Of a stretch of DNA of 64,000 nt, positions 1-10,073 are shown piece by piece. The stretch is taken from positions 1,570 to 65,569 of the forward strand of contig CAXFAS010000005.1 in NCBI GenBank assembly GCA_964001175.1. The letters are read 5' to 3'. This DNA is from an uncultured euryarchaeote (lineage in GTDB: Archaea > Thermoplasmatota > Poseidoniia > Poseidoniales > Poseidoniaceae). How positions within the stretch are numbered: the stretch's first letter is position 1; every line of letters begins with the position of its first letter. Below the pieces are notes generated by a model. That model made no database searches. It saw nothing but the letters and a program-made list of their open reading frames with translations, and was not told where the DNA came from. Both the position numbers and the translations under genes were made by a program.

Positions 1-2
1 GG

Positions 3-89
3 AAAATGGGTCTTAAAAATAGATATAAATTAACAAAAGAGGCCTTGTTTTTACTTGAAACCGATATAGATTTCAAGATCAAAGAGTGA
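3..89 (+). CDS. 3' end of a CDS truncated by the window edge
   Basis: Frame 3 open from the window start (KMGLKNRYKLTKEALFLLETDIDFKIKE*), ending with TGA at 87-89 in a short convergent overlap with the next gene. Confidence 0.4.
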   Translation, partial: KMGLKNRYKLTKEALFLLETDIDFKIKE

Positions 90-963
90 TTTCTTCCCTT
101 TGAAGTCCTCGTTCATCCATTCTCCAATCAATATTTTCCCATCCTTTTCCGGTAAAATCTATGATTATTTTTTCTCTATCACATTGCTGAGATAATAGTA
201 CGCCAACAACTCCGCCACCACCTGCACCCATCGCTTTCCAGGCTAATACATCCCCTGATTTCATGTAAGGGTCAACTGTACTTCTAAACGGGTCGTGTAA
301 TTCCATTCCAAGTTCATCAACTGCATTCATTACAATCTTGAATGACTCTGCAACGATACTAATAGATTCTTGATCAATTGCTTTAGCCATCAATAGGCCG
401 GCTTCTCTTATTCGTTCTAAAGCTTGAACTATACCGCTATCTTCATCTTCATATCTATCCCAAATATTCTGATGTAATTGTCCAGATACATGACTAATCA
501 TACTATTAAAAAGTAATAATCTATCTTCTAATAAATTGATAAATCCGGTTGAAGGTTTGAGTGATCTTGTTTCCACGTTTTCACCTTTGAAAGACATGTG
601 ATTGATTCCTCCTAGAGCACTTGCCCACTGATCTTGTCGGCCACCCTTGTTACCCAGTAATGCTTCAAATTGATAGGCAATTTCAGCAATTTCTGTTGCT
701 TCATATTCTGCACCTAGAATTGTTCCAATCAAACCCACATTCATTGAACCCGAGGTACCTAATCCTGAGCCTGTAGGCATATCAGTAGAATAAGATAGAG
801 AAATTTTTCTTTGATTATCAATATCCATGATACATTTCGTATACTTGTTAATTGCAATGTTTACAACTTCTCCTGATTTCTTACTGCAGAAGTTCGGTAC
901 GTCTGTCCAACCTCCTGCTAAGTCTATTCTACAAGGCGCTCGAACAGTAATTCTCTTGGCCAT
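79..963 (-). CDS. GHMP-family sugar kinase (HddA/fucokinase-like)
   Basis: RAPCRIDLAGGWTD, PTGSGLGTSG, GGRQDQ and GAGGGG motifs; start reset to ATG at 963. Confidence 0.8.
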   Translation of the reverse strand: MAKRITVRAPCRIDLAGGWTDVPNFCSKKSGEVVNIAINKYTKCIMDIDNQRKISLSYSTDMPTGSGLGTSGSMNVGLIGTILGAEYEATEIAEIAYQFEALLGNKGGRQDQWASALGGINHMSFKGENVETRSLKPSTGFINLLEDRLLLFNSMISHVSGQLHQNIWDRYEDEDSGIVQALERIREAGLLMAKAIDQESISIVAESFKIVMNAVDELGMELHDPFRSTVDPYMKSGDVLAWKAMGAGGGGVVGVLLSQQCDREKIIIDFTGKGWENIDWRMDERGLQREEITL

Positions 964-1054
964 GAACAATCGAATGATTACTACCTCATCAAGAGTGTCA
1001 TTGAAAGGGGGGTAATTCATGGACGTAATATCTCGGAGAAGGGGGGTGTTAGCT

Positions 1055-3874
1055 TTGAGTGAAGATAGTATTACTGTTGATGAGCCTTACTGGCAACAAA
1101 AATGGGCTGAATCAAAGATATTTGAATCAAAAATAAACAGTGATAAAACTCCATTTTACTGTTTAGAAATGTATCCTTACCCCTCAGGAAAGATGCATAT
1201 GGGCCATGTTAGGAATTATTCGATAGGAGATGCTGTTGCTAGATACAAGAGAATGATGGGTTTTGATGTATTATATCCAATGGGCTTTGATTCATTTGGA
1301 ATGCCAGCAGAAAATGCTGCGATTAAAGAAGGCGGTCACCCATATGATATCACCGAGAGAAATATGGCTTCAATTACTGAGCAGATTAAGAGAATGGGCT
1401 TCTCTTATGACTGGAGTAGAATGGTCAAAAGTCATGATCCTAACTATTACAAATGGAATCAATGGTTTTTCACTAAATTTATGGAAAGTGGCCTAGCATA
1501 TCAAGAATTTGCTCCGGTGAATTGGTGTAATCCATGTAATACTGTTCTTGCCAATGAACAAGTAAAAGCGGGTAGATGTTGGAGATGTAATGGCCCTGTA
1601 ATTCAAAAAGAAATGAGTCAATGGTTCCTTGATACTCCAAAATATGCTCAAGAATTAGTTGATGGACTTGACGGTATTAAATTCCCTGAAAATGTAGCAG
1701 CCATGCAGAAAGATTGGATTGGGCGCTCTGAGGGTGCTGAAATCACTTTTACTGTAGAAGATTCTGATGAAGAAATAAGTGTATTTACAACTAGACCTGA
1801 CACTATATTTGGAGTCACATTTTTGACTCTAGCCCCTGAACATCCGCTCTCTGAATCTCTAGTAAAGGGTACAGAGTTTGAACAAGATTGGCAAGAATTA
1901 TACGATGAAGTTTCAATTATGACTGAATTTGATAGAATCAAAAATATGAATAAGAAGAAAGGTTCACCTCTCGGCAAAAATGCCATACATCCAATAACTG
2001 GTGAGAAAATTCCTATTTGGACGGGTAATTTTGTTATCGCATCCTATGGAACTGGAGCAGTGATGGCAGTTCCTGCCCATGATGAAAGAGATTTTGATTT
2101 TGCAAAAAAATATGGTATCCAAATTAAAAGAACTCTAGTAATGAAAGAAGGTGCTGATTCCGATGAAGAAATGAAGAAAGCAGAGACTAGTTTTGGATGG
2201 ATGGTAAATTGTCCTTCTCAATTTGAAGGTCTTTATGGCGATGAAGCAAAAAGTGCCATTATTAATTCTTTAGAAGAAAATAAAAAAGGTACTAAAACGA
2301 TTAATTGGAAAATTAGACCTTGGTTGATTTCACGACAAAGATACTGGGGCACACCAATTCCAGTCATCCATTGTGATGAATGTGGTGCTGTACCTGTACC
2401 AGAATCTCAATTGCCAGTAGAGCTGCCAAGAGATGTGATTTTCGGAAAAGGAAACCCATTAGAAAGTTGTTCTGAATTTGTCAATACTATTTGCCCTAAA
2501 TGTAACAAGCCAGCACGTCGAGAAACCGATACAATGGATACTTTTGTTGATTCTTCTTGGTACTTCTTAAGATTCACTGATGCAAATAATGATTTAGAAT
2601 GTTTCTCGAAAGATGCTGCAAATCATTGGATGAATGTTGATTTCTATTGTGGTGGCATTGAACATGCTCAAATGCATTTGATTTATGCTCGATTCTGGAC
2701 TAAGGCTCTACGTGATTTGGGGCTTCATTCTATCGATGAACCCTTCAATGAATTACTTTGTCAGGGCATGGTAAACAAACAGGCGCCGTGGTGTGAAGAT
2801 TGTTCAATCACACTATCTGTTGATTATATTGGAAGCCCGTGTCCGCATTGTAATGGTGTACTAGGACTTCGTTCTGCCAAGATGAGTAAATCGCTAGGTA
2901 ATACTGTATCACCTGAAGATATGATAGAGAGATTTGGAGCAGATACTGTTCGACTGTTTATCCTATTTGCAGCAAATCCTACTGCTGGTATGGACTGGTC
3001 TGATACTGCATTAGAAGCAAACCATCGTGTTATGCTTCAATTGATGGGGATTCCAAACCAAATTCTTAATTGGGATTCTAAAGAAAATCAAATTGATGAG
3101 TGGTTGATATCTAGAATAAAACAAAGGGTAATGGAATTTCAAGAGGCAATGGAAAGTTATGATCTAAGAAGGGCTGTTGAAATTTCTCATTATGAGTTGA
3201 TTAAAGATATGAACTGGTATCTTAGAAGAGGAGGAAATAATAGAGAATTAGGTATTGACTTATTGACTACATGGTCCCATCTTCTTTCTGTTTCTACACC
3301 TCACCTTGCGGAGGAATGGTGGCGCTTGTTAGGCAATGATAATTTAATTTCTAATTCGGAGTTTTCTGAACAAAGTGAAATTACTGATAATGAGAGTTCT
3401 ACTTTAGATGATGAGTTTGTAATGCGCAATGTTTTGGAAAACGCGCGAAAGGTGAAAACTATCGCTGAGAGACACTTGGATGGACCTGCAGAGAAATTAA
3501 CTCTCACTATTTGTCCAAATTGGAAACGAGAGTTAGCTGAAATGGCGATAAAGTTTGTACAAGAAGGCGGTAATGTGAAATCATTCATGGGTCATCTAAA
3601 AGACTCACATCTAGCAAAACAGGAAAATGCAGGTGAGATTTTCTCATTCTGGGGCAAAAAAATGCTTCCTCAAATATTCAAATGGGATGATAAATCAAAA
3701 CAGTTAATCACTGGAGATATGAATGAATTAGATTTACTTTCCAAGAGAAAAGAATTCATCAAAACAGAACTAGGGTTAAGCGAAATAATTGTCATTTCAA
3801 GTGAGGATAACACGATTGATTTTGACAAAACAAAATCTGCATTACCCCTAAGTCCGTCGATAATCTATGCATAA
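1055..3874 (+). CDS. leuS: Leucine--tRNA ligase
   Basis: MYPYPSG..HMGH, TTRPDT and GTGAVMAVPAHD editing motifs, SRQRYWG, KMSKS; probable TTG start at 1055 after GGGGGTG. Confidence 0.95.
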   Translation: MSEDSITVDEPYWQQKWAESKIFESKINSDKTPFYCLEMYPYPSGKMHMGHVRNYSIGDAVARYKRMMGFDVLYPMGFDSFGMPAENAAIKEGGHPYDITERNMASITEQIKRMGFSYDWSRMVKSHDPNYYKWNQWFFTKFMESGLAYQEFAPVNWCNPCNTVLANEQVKAGRCWRCNGPVIQKEMSQWFLDTPKYAQELVDGLDGIKFPENVAAMQKDWIGRSEGAEITFTVEDSDEEISVFTTRPDTIFGVTFLTLAPEHPLSESLVKGTEFEQDWQELYDEVSIMTEFDRIKNMNKKKGSPLGKNAIHPITGEKIPIWTGNFVIASYGTGAVMAVPAHDERDFDFAKKYGIQIKRTLVMKEGADSDEEMKKAETSFGWMVNCPSQFEGLYGDEAKSAIINSLEENKKGTKTINWKIRPWLISRQRYWGTPIPVIHCDECGAVPVPESQLPVELPRDVIFGKGNPLESCSEFVNTICPKCNKPARRETDTMDTFVDSSWYFLRFTDANNDLECFSKDAANHWMNVDFYCGGIEHAQMHLIYARFWTKALRDLGLHSIDEPFNELLCQGMVNKQAPWCEDCSITLSVDYIGSPCPHCNGVLGLRSAKMSKSLGNTVSPEDMIERFGADTVRLFILFAANPTAGMDWSDTALEANHRVMLQLMGIPNQILNWDSKENQIDEWLISRIKQRVMEFQEAMESYDLRRAVEISHYELIKDMNWYLRRGGNNRELGIDLLTTWSHLLSVSTPHLAEEWWRLLGNDNLISNSEFSEQSEITDNESSTLDDEFVMRNVLENARKVKTIAERHLDGPAEKLTLTICPNWKRELAEMAIKFVQEGGNVKSFMGHLKDSHLAKQENAGEIFSFWGKKMLPQIFKWDDKSKQLITGDMNELDLLSKRKEFIKTELGLSEIIVISSEDNTIDFDKTKSALPLSPSIIYA

Positions 3875-3889
3875 TAATTAGGTGTTCAA

Positions 3890-4411
3890 ATGGTTTCACC
3901 CAATGGTGTTTGGAGAGAATTCCTAGAACTTGAACAAGCTAGACATGTCGCGATAAATTTACTCAATTTAGATTGCTGGCCACAATGGAATTCTACCGCT
4001 CAAAGAATATTGTCCTCGGAAAAAGGAGAGCTTAAACAAGGACAAAGGTTTGATCTTCACCGGATTGAAAGGCAGCAATTAATTGAAGAGATGTGGGAAG
4101 TGAAATTTATTCGCAAAGGAGATTATCCTGAGTTTATTGAAATCGGGTTTGATTGGCTTGGACAAATTTCTAATGGGAAGAAAAGTGGTAATGCTATAAA
4201 ATCTCTAAGGCTGGAAATTACTGTGCTATGTCAAGAAGAAGGAGGCGTAGAAATCGCCGCTTGGTGGCAGATAAGTAAGTGGTCTAAATTTTTCAAAGCA
4301 AAAATAGAAAATAGCGCTAGACAAATCGCTAAACAGTGGTTGAGTGACTTATCTAAAAACGGGGTTTTCGAGCTCAAGATGATTAAAGAAATTATAACTC
4401 AAGAAGAATAA
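3890..4411 (+). CDS. Hypothetical protein, possibly SRPBCC/START fold
   Basis: 173 aa ORF preceded by GGTG; DCWPQWN and overall pattern weakly resemble SRPBCC. Confidence 0.5.
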   Translation: MVSPNGVWREFLELEQARHVAINLLNLDCWPQWNSTAQRILSSEKGELKQGQRFDLHRIERQQLIEEMWEVKFIRKGDYPEFIEIGFDWLGQISNGKKSGNAIKSLRLEITVLCQEEGGVEIAAWWQISKWSKFFKAKIENSARQIAKQWLSDLSKNGVFELKMIKEIITQEE

Positions 4412-4453
4412 TCAACAGTAGTATTCATGGAGGGGCTATGATAACCTCACATT

Positions 4454-5536
4454 GTGGCACAAGAAGATAACTCAAAAGTTTCTTCGCCTCAAGATGATTC
4501 TAAAAAAAGTAAGTCTAAACAAAACCGTTCTAAAAAAAGAACCAAGCCTAGACCTTATGGGACAACTCCTAAAGAACATATAATTCAAAGGAATGCTAAA
4601 CAAATAAAAAATATGGAGAATCAAGCCTTACAGAGATTTTCTGTTTCTCCTCCACTGATGGGTTTTCCAGAGGAACCTATTGAACCAAAAAATTTCTCAT
4701 TTGAGTGGCCGACTTCTCCTGTTTCTCTAAAAGTTGAAGCTGAAATGGCTAAAATAGTAGTACGCAAGGGTGAATTTGGTTGGCTTGATGACAAAAGAGT
4801 TGACGAAATTGGAGAAATTGTCAAGCAGAAAGAAATGAGTTTAGAACAAGTCCTATCATTACGGTCAGCTCTTCTTCAACAAAAAACAGTATATGGGCAT
4901 GGTAGGCTGAAATCCCGAGCAAAAGTCCTTCTTCGTTTGTATAATGAAGGAGTAAATGTAGTAGATCTTTCAAAACGTTTTGATTTCCCTCCAATGAATA
5001 TATTTCGTGTTATTCTAGCTGAGAAAAAATGGTCAAAATCAAGAATTAAAGAATCATTAAGAACACCTAGTAAATTATCGAAAAGAGAAAAAGAAGAATT
5101 TGAAAGGGCTGAATCAGCAGACCGTGTTTCAAATGTCGATCAATCAGAAACTCATCTTCGAGCTGATTTATTTGAGGATATTCTAAGCGATTGGTTTGAG
5201 TCTAAAGGAGTAAGATTAAGACGTCAAACCGAGATGGTTTCTGAACAAAAATTAGAACATGGGCGACCTGTTAAAACACCGGATATTTTGTTTCTAGATC
5301 TTGTCGAAATTAATGGAAAACCAATTGCTTGGATTGATGCAAAACATTTCTATGGAGCTGACGTTGACTTTCAAAGAAAGAAAATGACCAAACAAATGAA
5401 TCGTTATATCGAAGAATGGGGTTCTGGGGCAGTTGTTTATCGCCACGGATTTAGTGAGAATCTATTTATTCCTGGCTGTACTTTACTCGATGCTAATGCA
5501 CTAGACCTATCGCCACTTGAAGAAGCTTCATCCTGA
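4454..5536 (+). CDS. CDIN1/C15orf41 (TPD-motif) PD-(D/E)XK nuclease homolog
   Basis: KTPDILF...IAWIDAKHFYG...RYIEEWGSGAVVYRHGF matches the family signature. Confidence 0.8.
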   Translation: MAQEDNSKVSSPQDDSKKSKSKQNRSKKRTKPRPYGTTPKEHIIQRNAKQIKNMENQALQRFSVSPPLMGFPEEPIEPKNFSFEWPTSPVSLKVEAEMAKIVVRKGEFGWLDDKRVDEIGEIVKQKEMSLEQVLSLRSALLQQKTVYGHGRLKSRAKVLLRLYNEGVNVVDLSKRFDFPPMNIFRVILAEKKWSKSRIKESLRTPSKLSKREKEEFERAESADRVSNVDQSETHLRADLFEDILSDWFESKGVRLRRQTEMVSEQKLEHGRPVKTPDILFLDLVEINGKPIAWIDAKHFYGADVDFQRKKMTKQMNRYIEEWGSGAVVYRHGFSENLFIPGCTLLDANALDLSPLEEASS

Positions 5537-6544
5537 GATTTTTGTAATCTTTGTACCGATACCAATTAATTCTAACTCTTTTGAGATCTTTTCTAGTTCC
5601 TTTTTCTTTAGTGGATTTCTTAATTTCCTTGGCAAAATAACCAGTGAAATCCCAAGCATACATAGGCGAATACTGATTTTTGCTTGTAAATCTAAATCTC
5701 TAACTATATCTCTAGTTTTACCTAACAGCTTTTTCCTCTCCAATTCTTCAAGTAATTCTGATTGTTCAGAGAAATTTCTTGATTGTGTCAAAATTTGATC
5801 CCATTGATCGTGATTCCAAGGTTTATTTTTCATGCTATTTACCGCGGTATTTCCTGCCCGAGTAATTTTCTTTTGCCAGTTTGGGTCATCAATGTATCTT
5901 GATGTATGTCTTTTTTCCGAAGGTTGCCATGCTAGCAATATTGGTTGGGGGCAAGGGAAACCTAGTGCCCTTCCTGATGCACCTGGGGCACCTGCCTGAA
6001 TACGAATTTCAACACCGCCTGCCGAAATACCCAATACATCTCCTAACCCAGAACCATGTAATCTCTCAATACGATGGCATAATCGTAAATACTGTCCTGA
6101 AAGTCCTGTCCCAGTTAATTCCCTAAATGCATAAGCAACAGCAACTAATCCTGCTGCAGACATACCGAATCCTTGGCTAGTTGGCAAATCTAATTTTACT
6201 TCTATTTTGTAAGATGAGGTTCTATCAAGTAATTTTGCATGCCTTAATTCCTCTACGAGATCAAAATATATCTCTGTAGAATCTGGCATTTCTTCTCCAT
6301 ACATATCTTCAACACTTACCTCGATTAGGCCGTCTTCAATAATAACCTCACTATCTAAAGCTGAGCCTGCAGAAAATGTCTGCTCTTTTCGACCTTGACT
6401 CGATTTATTTTCGGTAATCGATGCCCTAACTCCATGATCGATATTTAATCCAACACCTCTACTACCTTGATTTCTCAATAGTCTGCCATCTTTTTCAATG
6501 GTAAAAAGTAGGGTGATATGCCCGCCAATCATACTGTCAAACAT
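5528..6544 (-). CDS. Archaeal pantoate kinase (GHMP family)
   Basis: GHITLLF..GSRGVG, LPTSQGFGMSAAG, SGLGDV, GGVEIR..AGAPG; PPS gene nearby. Confidence 0.85.
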   Translation of the reverse strand: MFDSMIGGHITLLFTIEKDGRLLRNQGSRGVGLNIDHGVRASITENKSSQGRKEQTFSAGSALDSEVIIEDGLIEVSVEDMYGEEMPDSTEIYFDLVEELRHAKLLDRTSSYKIEVKLDLPTSQGFGMSAAGLVAVAYAFRELTGTGLSGQYLRLCHRIERLHGSGLGDVLGISAGGVEIRIQAGAPGASGRALGFPCPQPILLAWQPSEKRHTSRYIDDPNWQKKITRAGNTAVNSMKNKPWNHDQWDQILTQSRNFSEQSELLEELERKKLLGKTRDIVRDLDLQAKISIRLCMLGISLVILPRKLRNPLKKKELEKISKELELIGIGTKITKISG

Positions 6545-6668
6545 AATCTTCTAAATCGAGGCAGAAGGACAATAGCCATCAATACTGTGCTGAAAAAATT
6601 ACAATTAGGTTAATTTTCACCAAATTTTTAGGATAGGTTTTGAAGATGTTGAACCTCTAGGATTAATC

Positions 6669-7604
6669 ATGGCGGATAGTAGTTCCCTTCCTCATGACCG
6701 TGGCCACTTATTGTGGACTGCCGATGAAGGGCCAAGTCGTATGCTATTATCTAGTATGGACAGATGGATTAATACAATTTTAGTTGATGATGGCATTGAA
6801 ATGCCATTTATGGGAGGAAATAGTGATTCTAATGCTATAATTATAGCAAGAGGAAACGGGATTATCGTTGGAACTTCAATGATTGATCATCTTATTCAAA
6901 TTTGGGCGCCTTCAGTTCAAGTAACATGGTTTGCTAAGGATGGAAAAAAAGTCTCTAGCGGTGATGAAATCGCAGAATTAAGAGGAGATAAAGAAACTCT
7001 ACTTAACATTGAAAGAAGTATTCTAAATATCTTAGGCCAACTTTCTGGCATTGCAACTGAAACAAAAAAATGGACTGCTTTAGCAAAGGGTCAAATTGCA
7101 TGTACAAGAAAAACAGTTTGGGGATTATTAGACAAATGGGCAGTTCATATGGGCGGTGGACTAAGTCACAGATTGAATAAAAATGATGCTACGATGATTA
7201 AAGAAAATGACTTGGCTTCAATGTTTAATGAGTTAGGAGATAATTCCGCTAGAATCGCTAGTTTCCTACAAGAAATTGACATTACAACATGTGGTGCGTT
7301 TTTAGAAATCGAGGTACGTGAGCAGAAAGAAGCCTTAACTGCTGCTGCAATTTGGAATCAAAAAGAAATCGAGGATAAACCAAAACTGGTGATAATGTTG
7401 GATAATTTTGGACCTGAAAAGAGTAAGGATACTGCTGCTCAAATAGTAGATATGGGACTTAGAGATTGTGTAATTTTAGAAGCGAGTGGGGGAATCGTGT
7501 TTAAGAGTTTGAAAGATTGGTATGAATGTGGATTAGATGTACTATCTACAAGTTCACTAAACCGTGGAGTTACTCCACTTGATATCTCTATGATATTTAG
7601 ATAA
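6669..7604 (+). CDS. nadC: Quinolinate phosphoribosyltransferase
   Basis: ERSILN..LSGIAT, TRKT, HR..MIKEN, IMLDNF, EASGGI. Confidence 0.9.
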   Translation: MADSSSLPHDRGHLLWTADEGPSRMLLSSMDRWINTILVDDGIEMPFMGGNSDSNAIIIARGNGIIVGTSMIDHLIQIWAPSVQVTWFAKDGKKVSSGDEIAELRGDKETLLNIERSILNILGQLSGIATETKKWTALAKGQIACTRKTVWGLLDKWAVHMGGGLSHRLNKNDATMIKENDLASMFNELGDNSARIASFLQEIDITTCGAFLEIEVREQKEALTAAAIWNQKEIEDKPKLVIMLDNFGPEKSKDTAAQIVDMGLRDCVILEASGGIVFKSLKDWYECGLDVLSTSSLNRGVTPLDISMIFR

Positions 7605-7616
7605 TCAGGTGAGAAA

Positions 7617-8381
7617 ATGGAGGATTTTGCTGCAGACCCTAGTCATCCAAGATATGAATCACTATTGAAGCGGCATGTATTAGAAAATGCAGCGAAAAAG
7701 GGTATGTTGGCAGGAAGTGCACTAATCGCACATGGAAGAGGCGAGGCTTACGATTATCTTCTAGGTGAGCAAACTATTCCTCCAGCGATGTTGGCGACCA
7801 AATATGCTTTACAGCATCTTAAAAATTCACCAAACGCTGTAATAAGTCTAAATGGCAATACCACTGCAATAGCAGGGGTTGAACTAATGAAGTTAGCATC
7901 CGTCATCGATTGTCCAGTAGAGGTAAATATTTTTTATAGAACTCCTGAGAGAATGAAAATTTTACTAGACCACCTAGAATCGATAAATGAAAATCTTGGC
8001 CTAGATGTCAAAATTCTTGGTGCAAACCCCGATTCGATTATACCTGGATTAGAGGGCCCAAGGGCAAAATGTTGTAATGAAGGTATATTTTCTAGTGAAG
8101 TGATTCTAGTCCCTCTTGAAGATGGTGACCGTTGCGAGGCATTGGTTGCAATGGGCAAAACTGTAATTGTCGTTGACTTAAATCCACTCTCTCGATCTTC
8201 TAGAATGGCGAGTATTACAATTGTGGATGAAATATCTAGGGTTGCTAAAAATATGCTGGCCATAGTTGAAGAGCAAGAACAAATGAGTGAAAAAATAAAT
8301 TATAATAATGATGAAACGATAAAAAACACGATTCAGTACATTAAAAAATCTCTCACGGAAAAATACGATTTACAGAATTAA
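7617..8381 (+). CDS. Phosphopantothenate synthetase (4-phosphopantoate--beta-alanine ligase)
   Basis: HPRYESL, IAHGRGEAYDYLLGE, LEDGDRCEAL, DLNPLSR. Confidence 0.92.
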   Translation: MEDFAADPSHPRYESLLKRHVLENAAKKGMLAGSALIAHGRGEAYDYLLGEQTIPPAMLATKYALQHLKNSPNAVISLNGNTTAIAGVELMKLASVIDCPVEVNIFYRTPERMKILLDHLESINENLGLDVKILGANPDSIIPGLEGPRAKCCNEGIFSSEVILVPLEDGDRCEALVAMGKTVIVVDLNPLSRSSRMASITIVDEISRVAKNMLAIVEEQEQMSEKINYNNDETIKNTIQYIKKSLTEKYDLQN

Positions 8382-8447
8382 AGGCCATTGATAATTTTAG
8401 ACGGCGGAAGGCTTTTATCAATGCCGGCATGGTGATAGGCGAAGAGA

Positions 8448-9068
8448 ATGGTAAGAGAACCCGATATCAATCCTACAAAAAAAGGAACTTTTGGAACCAG
8501 CATTTCATTTGATTTGGACGAAGCCCCCGCTCCTCAAAGACGTGCCATTCGTAGAGGTCCTAAACAGGAAAAAAACAACATCCTTGAGAATGATTCTTCA
8601 AAAATTAACTGCCCTGGATGTGGGCATGAATTAAATGAAAACGAATGGTTAGACGCCCTAGTTGGTTTTGTATCTGGCGCCCATGATTTTGAAATTGGAA
8701 ATCCAGTCAGAGCTAGAATTGTTCAAACATTGAAAAATGAAGCAGCCAGAATGAAGACTCCTAATCCCCGTGAAGACTGGGAATTAGCTGTTGTAAAAAG
8801 ATTGATGAGTGAAATAGAGAGAATAGTTCAAGCAGAAATTAATAGAAATCAGAATGAAAACTTAGGCCACTCAGTGCTACAAGAACAGGAACGTGAGGAA
8901 TTAATAAGAGCGACTGAGGCACATGTTAGGCAAACTATGGCCTACGAAATACAAGAACAATTGATTATAGAATTACAGCCTCAAATTGAAGCACAACTCC
9001 GTGAACAAATTCAACAAGAGATGTGGGCCCAATTTGAAGAAGAGTGGAAAAATAGAATGAAAAATTAG
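8448..9068 (+). CDS. Hypothetical protein with CPGC motif and coiled-coil C-terminus
   Basis: 206 aa ORF; Glu/Gln-rich helical C-terminal half. Confidence 0.6.
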   Translation: MVREPDINPTKKGTFGTSISFDLDEAPAPQRRAIRRGPKQEKNNILENDSSKINCPGCGHELNENEWLDALVGFVSGAHDFEIGNPVRARIVQTLKNEAARMKTPNPREDWELAVVKRLMSEIERIVQAEINRNQNENLGHSVLQEQEREELIRATEAHVRQTMAYEIQEQLIIELQPQIEAQLREQIQQEMWAQFEEEWKNRMKN

Positions 9069-9123
9069 ATTTTTAATACTTTCAAACCGAGTCTTCATAG
9101 GCTGTCACCATCCAAATAGTGTT

Positions 9124-9729
9124 ATGAGAGAGGACCGGCTTCATATTGAATCAATGCCCGAAGAAATTCAGACTCTCTGTGAAGTAATGTCTGGATTAGA
9201 TCCCGCTTGGACTCTTGAAGGATGGTTAATTCAGCAATCAAATATGGCTTTAGAATTAATTTCTGCCGATCTTTCCCGTGAAAAAATAAAATCTGAGCAA
9301 CGTCTAAAGAGGCTTGAAGACCTATCCAAAAGAATCAGAAAGGAGAATCAAACGAACAAAGATACTGGTCAGAAAAACCTCTTTGATTGCTTTGATTTAG
9401 ATTATGATAAGTCAATGCTAGGTTTAGGGTCTAGAGCTGTTGAAAATGATATTACGGAAAATATTGAATCTCACCCTGTCAACACATTCCTTGAACTATT
9501 ACCAGATTCGCAGGGCGATGACCCTTTATTGGCAGTAGCTTGTCAGCTTTTACTCATGACCATCGAAAAAGGGATCGCTAAAGGCGAACCAGTTGTAACC
9601 TTGGAAACAATCGTTCTAGAAATGGATGCGAATGGCGTATCATTTGAAGAAATCGATGAAGCAATTGAGTACTTGCTTATGAATGGTTCAATAATTGAAG
9701 TTGATGATGATTGTTTCATCTCAATCTAA
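9124..9729 (+). CDS. Hypothetical protein with likely C-terminal winged helix
   Basis: EEIDEAIEYLLMNGSIIEV winged-helix-like ending; QKNLFDCF motif. Confidence 0.6.
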   Translation: MREDRLHIESMPEEIQTLCEVMSGLDPAWTLEGWLIQQSNMALELISADLSREKIKSEQRLKRLEDLSKRIRKENQTNKDTGQKNLFDCFDLDYDKSMLGLGSRAVENDITENIESHPVNTFLELLPDSQGDDPLLAVACQLLLMTIEKGIAKGEPVVTLETIVLEMDANGVSFEEIDEAIEYLLMNGSIIEVDDDCFISI

Positions 9730-9751
9730 GTTTTCATTTATTGGGATTATT

Positions 9752-10069
9752 ATGGCAACTACACGTAAACAAGCGGCTCAAAGGCTAATGGATTCGTTTG
9801 AATCTGAAAAAAGAATGAGATATAGAGTCATTTTAGCATCGGTTCAAGCTCTTATACTATCGGTTGTAATCGGCTATTTTACCTCTTGGCATTTTGGACT
9901 TGCTGCATTCTTAGTCATGGGTTTACTAATTCAATTTGCATTTGATAGAATGAGTAATTCAATAAAATCTAGTAAACTAACAGCATTGAATGCACTGAGG
10001 TGGAAAGAAGAAAGTTTGGAAAAAGAAGATTTGATTGATACGCTTAATTCGATAATAAATAAAGGATGA
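9752..10069 (+). CDS. Hypothetical membrane protein (2 TM)
   Basis: Two hydrophobic segments; ATG at 9752. Confidence 0.6.
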   Translation: MATTRKQAAQRLMDSFESEKRMRYRVILASVQALILSVVIGYFTSWHFGLAAFLVMGLLIQFAFDRMSNSIKSSKLTALNALRWKEESLEKEDLIDTLNSIINKG

Positions 10070-10073
10070 GAAT

